Positions 1 through 12,231 of a stretch of DNA of 64,000 bases are shown piece by piece. Both the position numbers and the translations under genes were made by a program. A model generated the notes under the pieces. That model worked only from the letters and a program-made list of their open reading frames with translations. It was not told the DNA's origin and did no database searches. Location of the stretch: contig NC_068999.1 in NCBI RefSeq assembly GCF_001194135.2, positions 7,911,207 to 7,975,206 of the forward strand. Direction: 5' to 3'. Every line of letters starts with the position of its first letter. Positions within the stretch are counted from its first letter, which is position 1. This DNA is from Octopus bimaculoides (lineage: Eukaryota).

Positions 1-105
1 TTATTTCGTATACAAACTGTAAAGAGGAACATTCTGTCTAAGTTACTCATCGAATCGAAAATCGAAACGGAAGACCTGTGAGAATAATTAATCATCAGTT
101 AATTA

Positions 106-1490
106 CACAGGCTAACAACAAAAGAAAACTAATTTTTATACTGTTTAAATATTTGGACCCGAACTAGGATATTGTCATCACGTCAAAATTTTTTAAGATA
201 CTGGATCCATATTACATAACAGCAAAGGAACAAGGCGTAACATACAGACATACTTAGAAATTGGTTATTCTTCAAAACCAGAATGTTTTCTTGTAATTCT
301 ATTGAAAAACTAGTAAAAGTCTGAAAAGTTCTACAAATTACATCATTGTTTATGCCTAATTACTCATAAATTTGCGTTTCGGTGATGTTGCTTGAGTGCT
401 GAAGCTCAGAGATCGCGAGCTAAGTTCCAGCAATAGTCCACCATCATATGCAAGCTCCATCTGACTTGATACCTTTGTTCCATTGATTTTACGTCTCAAT
501 GGAAACGTTTTCTCTTCTCGTCACTTGAGTCACCAAAATTTTCAGGGAATTTATTAAGGTAAGTATGGAGTTACTGCAGATTTATGTTCGTATTTGCTCC
601 CAAGTTTTTGAAGTTTTGCAGTATGTTATCGACTATTTCAGCATCGACATTTGCTTTCCTTTTTGCCTAGAAAGCCATTTACAACAATTATAAATTCCAT
701 GCTGCTGTTTCAATGCAATTCATATGTATTAAGTTCCCATCTTTCATCAATTTTCTGATTTGAGGCCAACCAAATACTCCAGTTCTTATCTTTCCACTGC
801 TCAAACCGGAAAATATGCTGTCGATATAGTGAAAGCATAGTCCAGCTTTATCCAGACCTTTTAGGAGTCTACTTCATAATGCCAAGTTTGAAATGGGAGT
901 GGAAGTAGGATGATTTTTCTCGGTTGAACTAAAAGTTCTTCAACTTCATTAAAAGGCCCTAGATCTAATGTTCGCTTTGGCCATTGTTTCATCTGTCGAT
1001 TTTTTTCCTGGCTCTGCTATCCTACATACGTAAAAGGCATGAGCATTTGGTGCATCCACTTTGTTGACCCAGGAGAAAATTGACTATCGATTTTCTCTAG
1101 CACTGCTTTCGTGATATCATATTTCTCTGCTAGTTTTATAGAGTGAGTACCTGGAGTAGAGGCCAACATATTTCCATCACGAAGCATTGTCTTCCGCCAT
1201 TCCCATTATCTTATGTCACCCTCATGCACATCAACCCCTCAATCTTTGTACACTACACTAGTTCATATAAGTACTAGTTCATCATCTTATATGGAGAATG
1301 GTAAATATTCAGCATCTCTAGTGCAATAGAAGGTGACTTGGGTTTGTTCCTTAAGAAGTCTCTTTTTCCTATAATCGAGACGCAAGACTTCTGCAGATTC
1401 TTTTAATACGTGTTCGTTCCTTACCAAGACCCAGAGAATTTTTGATCAAATAGGTGTGGTCCTGATGAGTTTGTGGCAAGGTAATCCGGA
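106..1490 (-). mobile_element. Decayed DNA transposon remnant, Chapaev3-like (CMC group) transposase, with one terminus
   Basis: Minus-strand frameshifted/stop-interrupted peptides PHLFDQ..LKESAEVL, MLRDGNMLASTPGTHSIKLAEKY, GCTKCSCLLRM*DSRAR, GVFGWPQIRKLMKDGN, FPENFGDSSDEKRKRFH*DVKSMEQRYQVRWSLHMMVDYCW. These match, in order, motifs I recall for this family (GVFVGPQIRKLM, FPENLGAVSDEQGERFHQDI..MERRYQGRW). Putative end TTA|CACAG at 103-110. Family name is from memory. Confidence 0.7.
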
Positions 1491-1564
1491 ACATCTGCAA
1501 ATATACAAATATATAAAAACACTACACTCATTATTATATTTGGAGATTCTTTTTAATTTTGGCA

Positions 1565-1710
1565 CAAGACTAGCAATTTTGCGGGAAGGCCATGTCATTT
1601 ATATTGACCCCAATACTTGACTAATATTTCGTTTTATAGACCCCGAAAAATGACAAGCAAAAATGATCTCCGTGGGATTTGAACCCAGAATTTAAAGAGG
1701 TGGAATATAA
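1565..1710 (-). mobile_element. Degenerate SINE family 1 copy
   Basis: Reverse-complement similarity to the family 1 body and tail seen at 11972 and 23945. Confidence 0.55.
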
Positions 1711-2451
1711 TTATAAGAATAACGAAACTCGGTCGCACTTTTGAAACAGATTTTTCATCCATGCTTGTTCTAAATCCAGAGAATATGATTAAGACGTTAG
1801 CAAGAACGGATTAATTTCAAGGTTCCATCGGGACTCGAAACAACCTGTAAATTACAGCTATCTATAATTTATCGCTTCCTTACAATGCAAGCAACTGATA
1901 TTGCATAGGCGTCGAATGTGAAAACCTTGTCAAGTACTATGATAGACAAGACAATGCGGAGCCAGGATTTTTGCTTGAATAGAAACCAATAGCCAGAAAA
2001 CCTAAAAGTAATTAGTTTCGTTTACCTTATCTTAGTTTTCTTCAACAACTTTCAAATCCATTCAGAGCAGATTCGATAGAATAACACGGGAAAAAAACAA
2101 AGCAAAAAAAAAAAAACATTGACTAGTCTTCGGGTTACGTTAATATTACTATTACTATTTAACGCAAGTAACATGTGCGTTTGTATTTATGTTGCTATCT
2201 TCATTTAATTTTGTTTAAGCAGGACTTTTCTAAAGACAATACAAGCGTGAATTTTGCATTTTCAACAGTGGAGACTAATTTAAGTTAATGAAAGGATTGA
2301 TCGCCCTATTTCCATGCTGATGGTTTGGTAGTGCTAAATAGGTATTCAAAATTTTTGAGGCAATACTTTTCGGTAGTGGAATCAAACACACGCAAACACA
2401 CGCATGCCTGCACGTGAAAAAATATGCACATACAGATAGAAAGAGCGAAAT

Positions 2452-2452
<1 letters not shown>

Positions 2453-2504
<52 letters not shown>
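2453..2504. repeat. (GA)n microsatellite
   Basis: Direct inspection. Confidence 0.95.
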
Positions 2505-2509
<5 letters not shown>

Positions 2510-2690
2510 GAGAGGGACATCACGAGTAATTAATTGAAAACGATTAGCATAAGCAATTTCCCTCTCCTCGTACACATAAAGAAAAATTTGATAACACACG
2601 TAAACAATGAAAAAGAGAGATAGAGAAAGAGGAAGAGAGAAAGAGCGAGAGAGAGAGAGAGGGGGGATGGAGAAAGATAGAGAGAGAAAT

Positions 2691-3174
2691 TGTTGCTGTT
2701 GTTGGCACACCGTCGCTTACGACGTCGAGGGTTCCAGTTGATCCGACCAACGGAACAGCCTGCTCGTGAAATTAACGTGTACCCATAACGTGTACCCATA
2801 ACGTAGTTCTCGGGGATATTCAGCGTGACACAGAGTGACAAGGCTGGCCCTTTGAAATACAGGCACAACAGAAACAGGAAATAAGAGTGAGAGAAAGTTG
2901 TGGTGAAAGAGTACAGCAGGGTTCGCCACCATCCCCTGCCGGAGCCTCGTGGAGCATTAGGTATTTTCGCTCAATANNNNNNNNNNGAAATAAGAGTGAG
3001 AGAAAGTTGTGGTGAAAGAGTACAGCAGGGTTCGCCACCATCCCCTGCCGGAGCCTCGTGGAGCATTAGGTATTTTCGCTCAATAAACACTCACAACGCC
3101 CGGTCTGGGAATCGAAACCGCGATCCTATGACCGCGAGTCCACTGCCCTAACCACTGGGCCATTGCGTCTCCAC
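2691..3174 (-). mobile_element. tRNA-derived SINE (family 3) with (CAA)n-like tail
   Basis: Minus strand has Pol III A box TGGCCCAGTGG (3152-3162) and B box GGTTTCGATTCC (3108-3119); tail ends in caacaacagcaaca; 99 bp (2878-2976) is repeated across a 10-N gap (2987-3085). Confidence 0.85.
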
Positions 3175-6100
3175 GATCACAGAGTAGTAGCTATTCAAAC
3201 TGAAGTATATTAATGTAGGAGGATTTCAGCCGCGAGATATAGCTTTAGAAAATTGGCCTGAGTACTCTTTTCTTCCAATTTCATTAAATAACTTAGCACA
3301 TCTAGAAATTATTTTCAGATGAATAGAAGCTGTCTGGAAATATGTTATGAATAAAAAAAAGACTTAACAAAACGAAAATACAACAGATGGTGGTGGTTAT
3401 GGTTGGAGTTAAAAGGATTACACTTAATTATTATATGTTGCTACGAGTTATGAAAGAAATCCAATTTATTGTAGATAGCTAGAGAGAGAGTGAGAGGCGG
3501 TAGGTACTTTAATGTGACCATCACAAATGACAGTTTTAGTCTATAGTTATCAACAGAGATGCTGCTCTTGCGCTGCTGTTTCTTCTCGTGCTTAACCTCC
3601 CTCATGTATAACTGTCATTAACACAGTACAAAATTGTCAATATACTTGTAATTGGCTGAAGGCATTCGTCATATTCTTTTCACGACGAATCTTTTACAAA
3701 GAACCAAAACCGCCGGCGTTAGTTTCTCCACTCAAAACCCGCAAAGCCTTTGTTAGATTGCTGTTATTGATGTTCCCGTTGTTGCTGTTTTGTTTTTTTC
3801 CTGTGTAAATATTTTAGAAATATTCTCAGCTTCTCAACATAATTATCTTCAAAAGACAACAACATAAATGACAAGAAATAAATAACTCAAAGAACGTTGC
3901 ACGTTAACATCTGTCTGTCTGTCGCTTCATACAATCACTAAGTGAAAACGCCATCATATTGATAAGACTGAGACTTTTTATTAATATCCCTTTACACCTG
4001 TCGAAGTATTGTATAACTAGCGATAATACTAATTGAGCGTGTGTGTCTGTGTATATTATGTGTATATACATATATCAATATACACATATATACATGATTG
4101 TATGTGCATATATATATATAGACGGACACTGAAAGAAGCCCGTCGTATATCATTATATATANNNNNNNNNNNNNNNNNNNNNNNNNNNNNNNNNNNNNNN
4201 NNNNNNNNNNNNNNNNNNNNNNNNNNNNNNNNNNNNNNNNNNNNNNNNNNNNNNNNNNNNNNNNNNNNNNNNNNNNNNNNNNNNNNNNNNNNNNNNNNNN
4301 NNNNNNNNNNNNNNNNNNNNNNNNNNNNNNNNNNNNNNNNNNNNNNNNNNNNNNNNNNNNNNNNNNNNNNNNNNNNNNNNNNNNNNNNNNNNNNNNNNNN
4401 NNNNNNNNNNNNNNNNNNNNNNNNNNNNNNNNNNNNNNNNNNNNNNNNNNNNNNNNNNNNNNNNNNNNNNNNNNNNNNNNNNNNNNNNNNNNNNNNNNNN
4501 NNNNNNNNNNNNNNNNNNNNNNNNNNNNNNNNNNNNNNNNNNNNNNNNNNNNNNNNNNNNNNNNNNNNNNNNNNNNNNNNNNNNNNNNNNNNNNNNNNNN
4601 NNNNNNNNNNNNNNNNNNNNNNNNNNNNNNNNNNNNNNNNNNNNNNNNNNNNNNNNNNNNNNNNNNNNNNNNNNNNNNNNNNNNNNNNNNNNNNNNNNNN
4701 NNNNNNNNNNNNNNNNNNNNNNNNNNNNNNNNNNNNNNNNNNNNNNNNNNNNNNNNNNNNNNNNNNNNNNNNNNNNNNNNNNNNNNNNNNNNNNNNNNNN
4801 NNNNNNNNNNNNNNNNNNNNNNNNNNNNNNNNNNNNNNNNNNNNNNNNNNNNNNNNNNNNNNNNNNNNNNNNNNNNNNNNNNNNNNNNNNNNNNNNNNNN
4901 NNNNNNNNNNNNNNNNNNNNNNNNNNNNNNNNNNNNNNNNNNNNNNNNNNNNNNNNNNNNNNNNNNNNNNNNNNNNNNNNNNNNNNNNNNNNNNNNNNNN
5001 NNNNNNNNNNNNNNNNNNNNNNNNNNNNNNNNNNNNNNNNNNNNNNNNNNNNNNNNNNNNNNNNNNNNNNNNNNNNNNNNNNNNNNNNNACTTGTGAGTG
5101 GATTTGGTAGACGGACACTGAAAGAAGCCCGTCGTATATCATTATAAAACCGGCCGACAAGGGTGGAGCCGTGGCGGTGTGGCGCGTAGACCTCAAGTCT
5201 GAAACTTGAGAAATATTTTGTTAATATTTCTAGCCACGTAAGTAAAGCACCTGAAGAACGTAAATAAAATAGGCAGATTTTGCATTTGGTTGAGGGCTTG
5301 GTTGCATTTGCAGTTTGGATATACAGCGTTTAATAACTACATGCTAATATTTTACTGTATACTACTTGTTATCGTTGCCGTTGCTTTACTCCAGGTCAGC
5401 GAGCCACCTTATGATCCTATTCAAGTGCGATGTATCTAAACCTACATTGCTTCAATTGTCCTTCTTTTTTAATATGAAAGCGTATGATTCGAGACAAATT
5501 CAGTTACTGTTAATAGCAGGTCGAGTATTTTCCCAGAGGCTACTTCGTTTGTTCATCTATATAATTATAATAATGCTATGAATACGTGGAAAAAATGGCA
5601 ATGATTGACTTTAACAAAAATTAATCGGAATGAAATTCCCAGAAGGTTTCCTTAAATTCAGTTGGCATGACGCGAGAAAGAATTTAACATGTAATTGCAG
5701 GTTCTGCTGGAGACCATTTAAAGACGCGGAATGGTGGAATCAGTCGGAGAGATGCTGTCTTACCGCTGCGCTTATCTTTGGGTTTGCGCATCTCCATAAA
5801 ATTTTGGAGTTAATGAGGGCATTGATATTACAAATTTTTGTAGCTTCAATGAACCGAACAGCAAAAAAGTATTGTGGGACATGAATTTACAGAGTTAACG
5901 AGAATAAAGTTCCGTTTTAAATATTCACCAGAATCCCAAACTTAATAATCTGTAACACAAAGAGAATGCAGACTCGCTGTTACGATGTGGCTTTCAATCA
6001 ACCACCGATAATTGATCATTTATTGTCCTCTCTCTCCCTCTTTTTCTCTTACGTTCTAACTCTCCTTTCTCTTTTATGTATTGTGTTGTATATAATGATA

Positions 6101-6195
6101 TTGATAATCTCAAATATATACAGTCGTAGCCAAAAGTTTGGAGCATATTTTTTTTAATTAAAATTGTTATACCCAAGTACAATTCGATTCAAATG

Positions 6196-7034
6196 CAGGG
6201 TGCGGTGAATATATCGCCGTCTAGATTACACAAAAATGAAAATAGTACTAATAACTCATTCTAAAAGATATATTTACCAAAATTACATGAAAATGTCTTG
6301 AAATAATAAAGAGTAAATTTATTCAATAAAATTGCCATTAGCTTTAACCACAGACTCCAGCCGACTTCGGAATCTCTTGCAACGGTCTCCTTGTTTCAGT
6401 TGGTTAATGCTGCCAAAATCCTTGTCTTCAGTTCATCTTTGGTGTTACAAGGACTTTTGTTGTTTTCTCGCTCAACTGCGCCCAACACATAATAATGAAG
6501 GGGGGCGCAGTCTGGAGAGTTAGGTGGCCAAATGTTATGGGTAAGGTGGTCGAAGAAATTGTCTGACAGCCATGACTGGTTCGTCCTGCTTTTGTGGATA
6601 TAGTTCAGAGTCCTGTTGCCAGACATGGGATCTTCCAGCAGCCACCCTCTTGAACCATGCAGCACTACCTCCGTGTAGAGTCTGAGGCTGTGTGGGAAGA
6701 TGATTGGAGGCATAACGTCGCCGTCACTACTGATCACTCCAAACAACATGGTGTTGGCTGGATGTTTGATTTTTATCTCATTCGGTACATGTTTTGGGGA
6801 CACGGCAAGCCAACGGTTCTTCCGTGTGTTCACTATCTTTTCGCATTGGAGCTTCCGGCGCAGCATGTCGTTACCAAATTGCTGGCAGAGTGAATTGCCT
6901 CATGGCACTGTTTTTCTCACAGACGGTGCCCACCTGACGCTACTATACTGTTTAGTCGACAAAATCAAAAACAAAGAATACGCATGCGTGAAATTAAAAA
7001 TACAAAATGGTGACGATTTACCCATGCCATTCTG
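6196..7034 (-). mobile_element. Internally deleted mariner-like element (maT/DD37D-type) nested in the Tc1-like element
   Basis: Transposase remnant inside; decayed inverted ends cagggtgcggtgaatatatcgcc (6196) and the reverse complement of ggtgacgatttacccatgccattctg (ending 7034). Confidence 0.65.
6319..6900 (-). pseudogene. C-terminal half of a Tc1/mariner transposase (maT/DD37D-like), frameshifted
   Basis: KHPANTMLFGVISSDGDVMPP...WPPNSPDCAPLHYYVLGAVERE...NTKDELKTRI, then frameshift to RFRSRLESVVKANGNFIE*; WPPNSPD corresponds to the WPxxSPDLNP motif. Confidence 0.9.
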
Positions 7035-8061
7035 CATATACCACGTGGCGATATACTCACCCAGTAACTGATGCGATGGTTCAATATCTAGAAGGAAAAA
7101 TAGACAAAATCGAGAATATAGTTCTTGACAAAATTGCTTATTTTCAATTTAACTTTGGACATTTAATATAAAAATTCTTCTTTCAGACTTATGTTCCAAA
7201 CTTTTGGCCACGACTGTATATATATCTTAAATCATCTCAAGATAAAAAGCGAGTCAGTAGTTTTATAAACACATAATAATTGCGGTCTTCGTATATAAAC
7301 AAGTTCTTCAATTAAACCTTATATATTTGTATAACATTTTATTTCAGAGCGTCAAACAATAATTTTATCACGTGTCCTTACTAAGTTTAGAATTGTCATT
7401 TAATGCACAAGCTACAATTACTTAATAAAATACAGTTCGATATATTCATAGAGTTTAACTCTAGTACATAAAAGAAGCAAAACAATTGGTGTAACAAAAG
7501 ATTTCATTGCAGAATTGATATTCATGTTACATATTGACGTATGGAAAAGACGGATGTAGTTAATTTAATTCTGATGAATTTTCGTGAATTTAATTATAAG
7601 TAACACAATTGAGAATTAATGATCAAAACAAATATGGAATTTCAATTTGTTACAATATATCCTTTATTGTAAAGTATTGTTAAAGAAATTGTTTTCTGTT
7701 GGAATTATAAGACAAGCTAAATGGAAAAAGAACATAATTATATTTATGACATGAAAATAAAGATATGTGTATACAGCGAAGAAGAATTGAGGTCAATTAT
7801 GGAATTTGCAATTTTTTCAAATGAATATAATACAGCTATACATAGGAACACATACGCATATATGTATGTGTATAGACATAAATATGTGTGTGTAAATATG
7901 TGCGTGGACACACACATATATATGTATATGTATACATATGTGCACACATATATATATGTGCGTATGCATATTTAAAAACATGTGTGAGTGTATGTAAATA
8001 TGTGTACGTATTAATGTCTACCTAGTATATTGCTGATAAAAATGATCAAAAATCATAGGTT

Positions 8062-8268
8062 TCTCGGATATTTTGGTGTATATACTTGACCCCTGGACGG
8101 GAGGCGAGTCATTCGTTAGATTATTCATTTTTGCCAGCTGAGTAAACTGGGGCGACCTGAAATAAAGTGTCTTGTTCTATAAAAGAACGTGTCGCCTACT
8201 TCAAATATCAAAACGACAATCTTATGATCATGAATGCAACGCCCTAACCACAACGTCTAGCTCCGCCA
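8062..8268 (-). mobile_element. Degenerate tRNA-derived SINE (family 4)
   Basis: Shares gccagctgagt..actgg...aaataaagtgtcttg body and gccctaacca head remnant with 13985-14175 and 46700-46950. Confidence 0.6.
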
Positions 8269-8321
8269 TGCAATATATATATATATACTTTATTTAAAAG
8301 CAGCAGAAAATATAAGAAAAG

Positions 8322-8359
8322 CTGTTACTCAGAGTTTCACGTTCCCGTTCATCGGACAG
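8322..8359 (-). ncRNA. Minimal type I hammerhead ribozyme motif, U4C core variant
   Basis: CTGT-CCGATGA-ACG(GGAA)CGT-GAAA-CTCTGAG-TA-ACAG: 4-bp stem I, 3-bp stem II, near-palindromic stem III ACTC-T-GAGT, GUA site. Confidence 0.75.
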
Positions 8360-8383
8360 TTTTGTTAAAATAGAACTGAAAAA

Positions 8384-8421
8384 CAGTCCGATGAACTGGA
8401 AGCTGAAACTCTGAGTAACAG
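8384..8421 (+). ncRNA. Decayed mirror copy of the family A hammerhead
   Basis: CAGT-CCGATGA-ACTGGAAGCT-GAAA-CTCTGAG-TA-ACAG; mismatches in stems I and II. Confidence 0.5.
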
Positions 8422-8609
8422 CTTCTGTTATATTTTCTCCTGCTTTTAAATAAAGCATATCACTCTACCTCTGGTATTTGAGTACTCTTTCTTCCCACCT
8501 TGTTTCACAATTATGTGGTTACTCCGGTATANNNNNNNNNNNNNNNNNNNNNNNNNNNNNNNNNNNNNNNNNNNNNNNNNNNNNNNNNNNNNNNNNNNNN
8601 NNNNNNNNN

Positions 8610-8646
<37 letters not shown>

Positions 8647-8758
8647 ATAGCTAGCTAGATAGACAGACAGGCAGACAGACAGACAGGCAGACATACATAC
8701 ATACATACATACAGACAAACAGACAGACAGACAGACACACAGATAGATAGATAGATAA

Positions 8759-8801
<43 letters not shown>

Positions 8802-9156
8802 TTCATACGAATATATTCATGTAATATCTGTACGTATATATATATACATTTGTGAGTGTATCAACCTGTATGTGATTACTATACGTATTTCGTTTCAACA
8901 AAACGTAGCACATCAGTAAAACTTACATTTAATACTAACACAACATGGCATCCGTTAATTCGTTCGAGTGTTTGTATAATAAATCATTCTCAACTGTCAC
9001 ATTAAAATTGTCTCGATTTATTACTGTAATTATCTATTTTTGTAAATACCAAAATTGAGTGCATATCATTTTGTATAGTCAAATGAAATGTTATATTTAT
9101 ATAATAGTTATCATTCATGTACATTCACTTTTATTGTTTCTATCAGAAGCTTCTTG

Positions 9157-9194
<38 letters not shown>

Positions 9195-9232
9195 TTGAAA
9201 AATATATACATATATATATACACAGACGCACG

Positions 9233-9284
<52 letters not shown>

Positions 9285-9464
9285 NNNNNNNNNNTAGATA
9301 GACAGACAGACAGACAGACTGACAGATTATTAGACAGACAGAGATAGATAGATAGATAGATAAAGAGACAAACTGACAGAGAAATAGACAAACAGATAGA
9401 TAGATATACATACGTGTATACTCATGTAATACACACACATACACACATTAGCTTTTTTTAAAAC

Positions 9465-9700
9465 TTGTTTCAGTCACTAAACAACAGCCATGCTGGGGCA
9501 CCGCCTTGAAGAATTTTTATTTGAAGGAATAGAAATCAACATTAGTATTTATCTTATCTTATTTATTTATTATTATTTTTGTTAAGCCCGGTACTTATAT
9601 CAATCTATTTTGCCGGACCGCCAAGTTACGAAGACGTAAAGGCGTAAACGCACCAACAGTGCTTGTCAAAAGTTGGTGGGGGACAAACACAGACACAAAG
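9465..9700 (-). mobile_element. SINE family 2, 3' part
   Basis: Reverse complement of the tail seen at 36760 and 63390 (cagtca..cagccatgctgg..caccgcctt; cgccaagttacg). Confidence 0.75.
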
Positions 9701-9725
9701 ACACACATACACTCATACGCACGCG

Positions 9726-9769
<44 letters not shown>

Positions 9770-9785
9770 CAAACACACACACATA

Positions 9786-9815
9786 TTGGGTTGGCAAGAA
9801 AGTAATTTCGTTTGT
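9786..9815. mobile_element. Solo mariner-type terminal inverted repeat
   Basis: TA|TTGGGTTGGCAAGAAAGTAATTTCG resembles Hsmar1-type TIRs and the TIR at 51345; no partner end seen before the gap at 10239. Confidence 0.5.
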
Positions 9816-10202
9816 CGCAAATAAATTAAGTTACGATATTTATGAATGGCTTTTGTCAATGTTATGACTTTTTTTCCTTTCGACATTTGATAGCCATTAC
9901 TTTTTGCTTATTTTAGAATCTAATTGCGCGTAACTGTGTTTACCGCTGTTGCTGTACACATTCGCTAGCTTTCTTACAAAGGAGTCTAACGCTCTTAGAT
10001 CAGACTTTTTGAGGACAACCAGATCGAACCGTCTCAAGTGTAACTGCCCGAAACGATCGTGACTTCTGGTGCTTGATTGAGGAAAAAGGCCACGAATGAC
10101 CTGTCTTCTTTTGCCTGTCGTTTTAATTGTTGTTTCTCTTGTCCACCTTTGTATCGTCTTTCTGTCCGAATGTTTTATTGTCCTCTATTGCGTTTTTGTT
10201 CC

Positions 10203-10238
<36 letters not shown>

Positions 10239-10351
10239 NNNNNNNNNNNNNNNNNNNNNNNNNNNNNNNNNNNNNNNNNNNNNNNNNNNNNNNNNNNNNN
10301 NNNNNNNNNNNNNNNNNNNNNNNNNNNNNNNNNNNNNNNNNNNNNNNNNNN

Positions 10352-10435
10352 CGATTCTATAGTAGAAGACACCTGTCTAAGGTGCGATACTGTGGGACTG
10401 AACCCAAAACCCTATTGTTGGGAAGCAAACTAATT
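10352..10435 (-). mobile_element. SINE family 2 head fragment
   Basis: tatagtagaagacac...gtgggactgaaccc is the reverse complement of the head with its B-box-like gggttcagtccc. Confidence 0.7.
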
Positions 10436-11035
10436 ATTACAGAACAACTCACGTGTTTTTTTCCCTCCTCCACGTCTGCTTGACGAGCGATATTGGTTTG
10501 TTTAGCCCCCCCCCACCCTCATAACTCCGCTGCACAGCAAAAATATTACTGTTATTTTGTTCGACTAAAACCCTTTAACGTAATGCCCCATCTTAGCTGC
10601 ACTCCAGTCATACAAATAAGTAAAGGGTAAAAGAATATGCTCTAATACGATTTGATACGATTTCCACAACAACAACAATAACGACGAAACAGATAATATA
10701 TGCAGCAAAATATTCTTGATTCACTGTCTTTTAATAGAACTGCAAATCCAATCGAATGCAAAATTGAAAAGAAGTCACGTTATTGTACTGTCTTAGATGC
10801 AAGAACAATGGGGGGNNNNNNNNNNNNNNNNNNNNNNNNNNNNNNNNNNNNNNNGGGGGGGGGGGAAATATAGAAACTGTTCTGGTGAATAAGTACAGCG
10901 TATCATCTACCTCTGTTCCAAGAGGTCAAGAGCTACTTCGGCACTTTGACTGCCAGCAGCAAACAGCCGTTATTGCTTTGGCTTCGCTGGTTTAACACGA
11001 TTTCATTCCAAGTCTGCTACAGCAATAGGGTAATG

Positions 11036-11037
11036 GA

Positions 11038-11069
<32 letters not shown>

Positions 11070-11146
11070 GGTGGTGGTGGTGTTGGTGGTGGTTGTATTG
11101 TTATTGATGGTGTTGATGGTGTGGTTGTTGACGATGATGTGAATGG

Positions 11147-11177
<31 letters not shown>

Positions 11178-11600
11178 GGTGTTGATGCTGATGCTGATGA
11201 TGATGATCATGATAGTGATAGGTGGTTATCGTGGTGATGACGACGACGATAATGATTATTGTCGGTGTGGCGTACTTGTGGTACTGCTGTTAATCTTCTG
11301 GCTGCAGCTGCTACTGCTGCTGCTGCCGCTGATGATGATGATGATGATGTTGTTGATGATGATGATAATGACGATGACGATGGTTGTGGTGTTCTTGCTG
11401 CGGCTGCAGCTGGTGAGGATGGTTATGTTGGATGTGGCTTTAGTGGTATCTGTGGTTTGGGTGATGATAATAGTGGTGGTTGCTGTAATGTTCGATGGTG
11501 ATAATGACGATGATGATGACGACGACCACGAGGAGGAGGAGGAGAAAGGAAACAGTTGGTTGTCAAGGGTGAGGATACCGATGACGATGACGATTGGGCT
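11036..11600. repeat. Mosaic trinucleotide low-complexity tract (GGT/GAT/GCT/GAC/GAG)
   Basis: Direct inspection; explains ORFs 11143, 11259, 11423 and 10992. Confidence 0.9.
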
Positions 11601-11971
11601 ATTGGTGAATACAAAATGTTATGGAAGGCGAGCAGTTATCGACGCATTCAAATATATATATATATATATATATATTAAAATTTCAGCCATGTTCCGAGGA
11701 CGGTGAATGAATCGATACAATCTCGCAAGCGTTGTCAGCTGAACACACCAAACACAAACACATATACATGCATCGCAAGGTATTCTTCGACTATGAATGT
11801 AGGAAAAAAGTAATCTTCCGGGGATTTAAAATCGGAGAGCAGAAAACCGATACAAATAACAGCCATATATTATTGAACCGGATGCTTTTAACGTTTCTTC
11901 GGACTTTTGTCTTCCATCTCTCTCACACACACATAGAAATACACTCATAAACACGTTATTATTATTATCAC

Positions 11972-12194
11972 GGCGGTGAGCTGGCAGAGTCGTTTGCACG
12001 CTGGGCAAGATTCTTAACGGCATTTCGCCCGTCACTACGTTCTGAGTTCGAATTCTGCCGAGGTCGATTTTGCCTTTCATCCTTTCGGGGCCGATTAAAT
12101 AAGTACCAGTTACACACTAGGGTTGATGCAATCGACTTAATCCCTTTCCCCCAAATTTGAGGCCTTGTGGTTCCAGTGGAAAAAATTATTATTA

Positions 12195-12231
<37 letters not shown>

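Larger units (their letters stand above)
6121..7216. mobile_element. Tc1-like non-autonomous element (outer), TA target duplication
   Basis: Left TA|CAGTCGTAGCCAAAAGTTTGGAGCATA, right TATGTTCCAAACTTTTGGCCACGACTG|TA: 27-bp TIRs with 2 mismatches. Confidence 0.85.
8288..8530 (+). mobile_element. Penelope-like pseudo-LTR fragment with inverted partial copy (family A)
   Basis: Arms 8288-8363 and 8380-8455 are reverse complements; each arm carries a hammerhead motif; flanked by (TA)n. PLE assignment inferred from this architecture. Confidence 0.7.

Noticed and set aside
3108-3174. tRNA gene
   Set aside because: A and B boxes are present but continue into a ~400-bp SINE body with a simple-repeat tail and no acceptor stem; SINE head, not a tRNA
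5630-5884. 84-aa plus-strand ORF with a TTGCAG acceptor-like site
   Set aside because: No motif, no partner exon or donor identified
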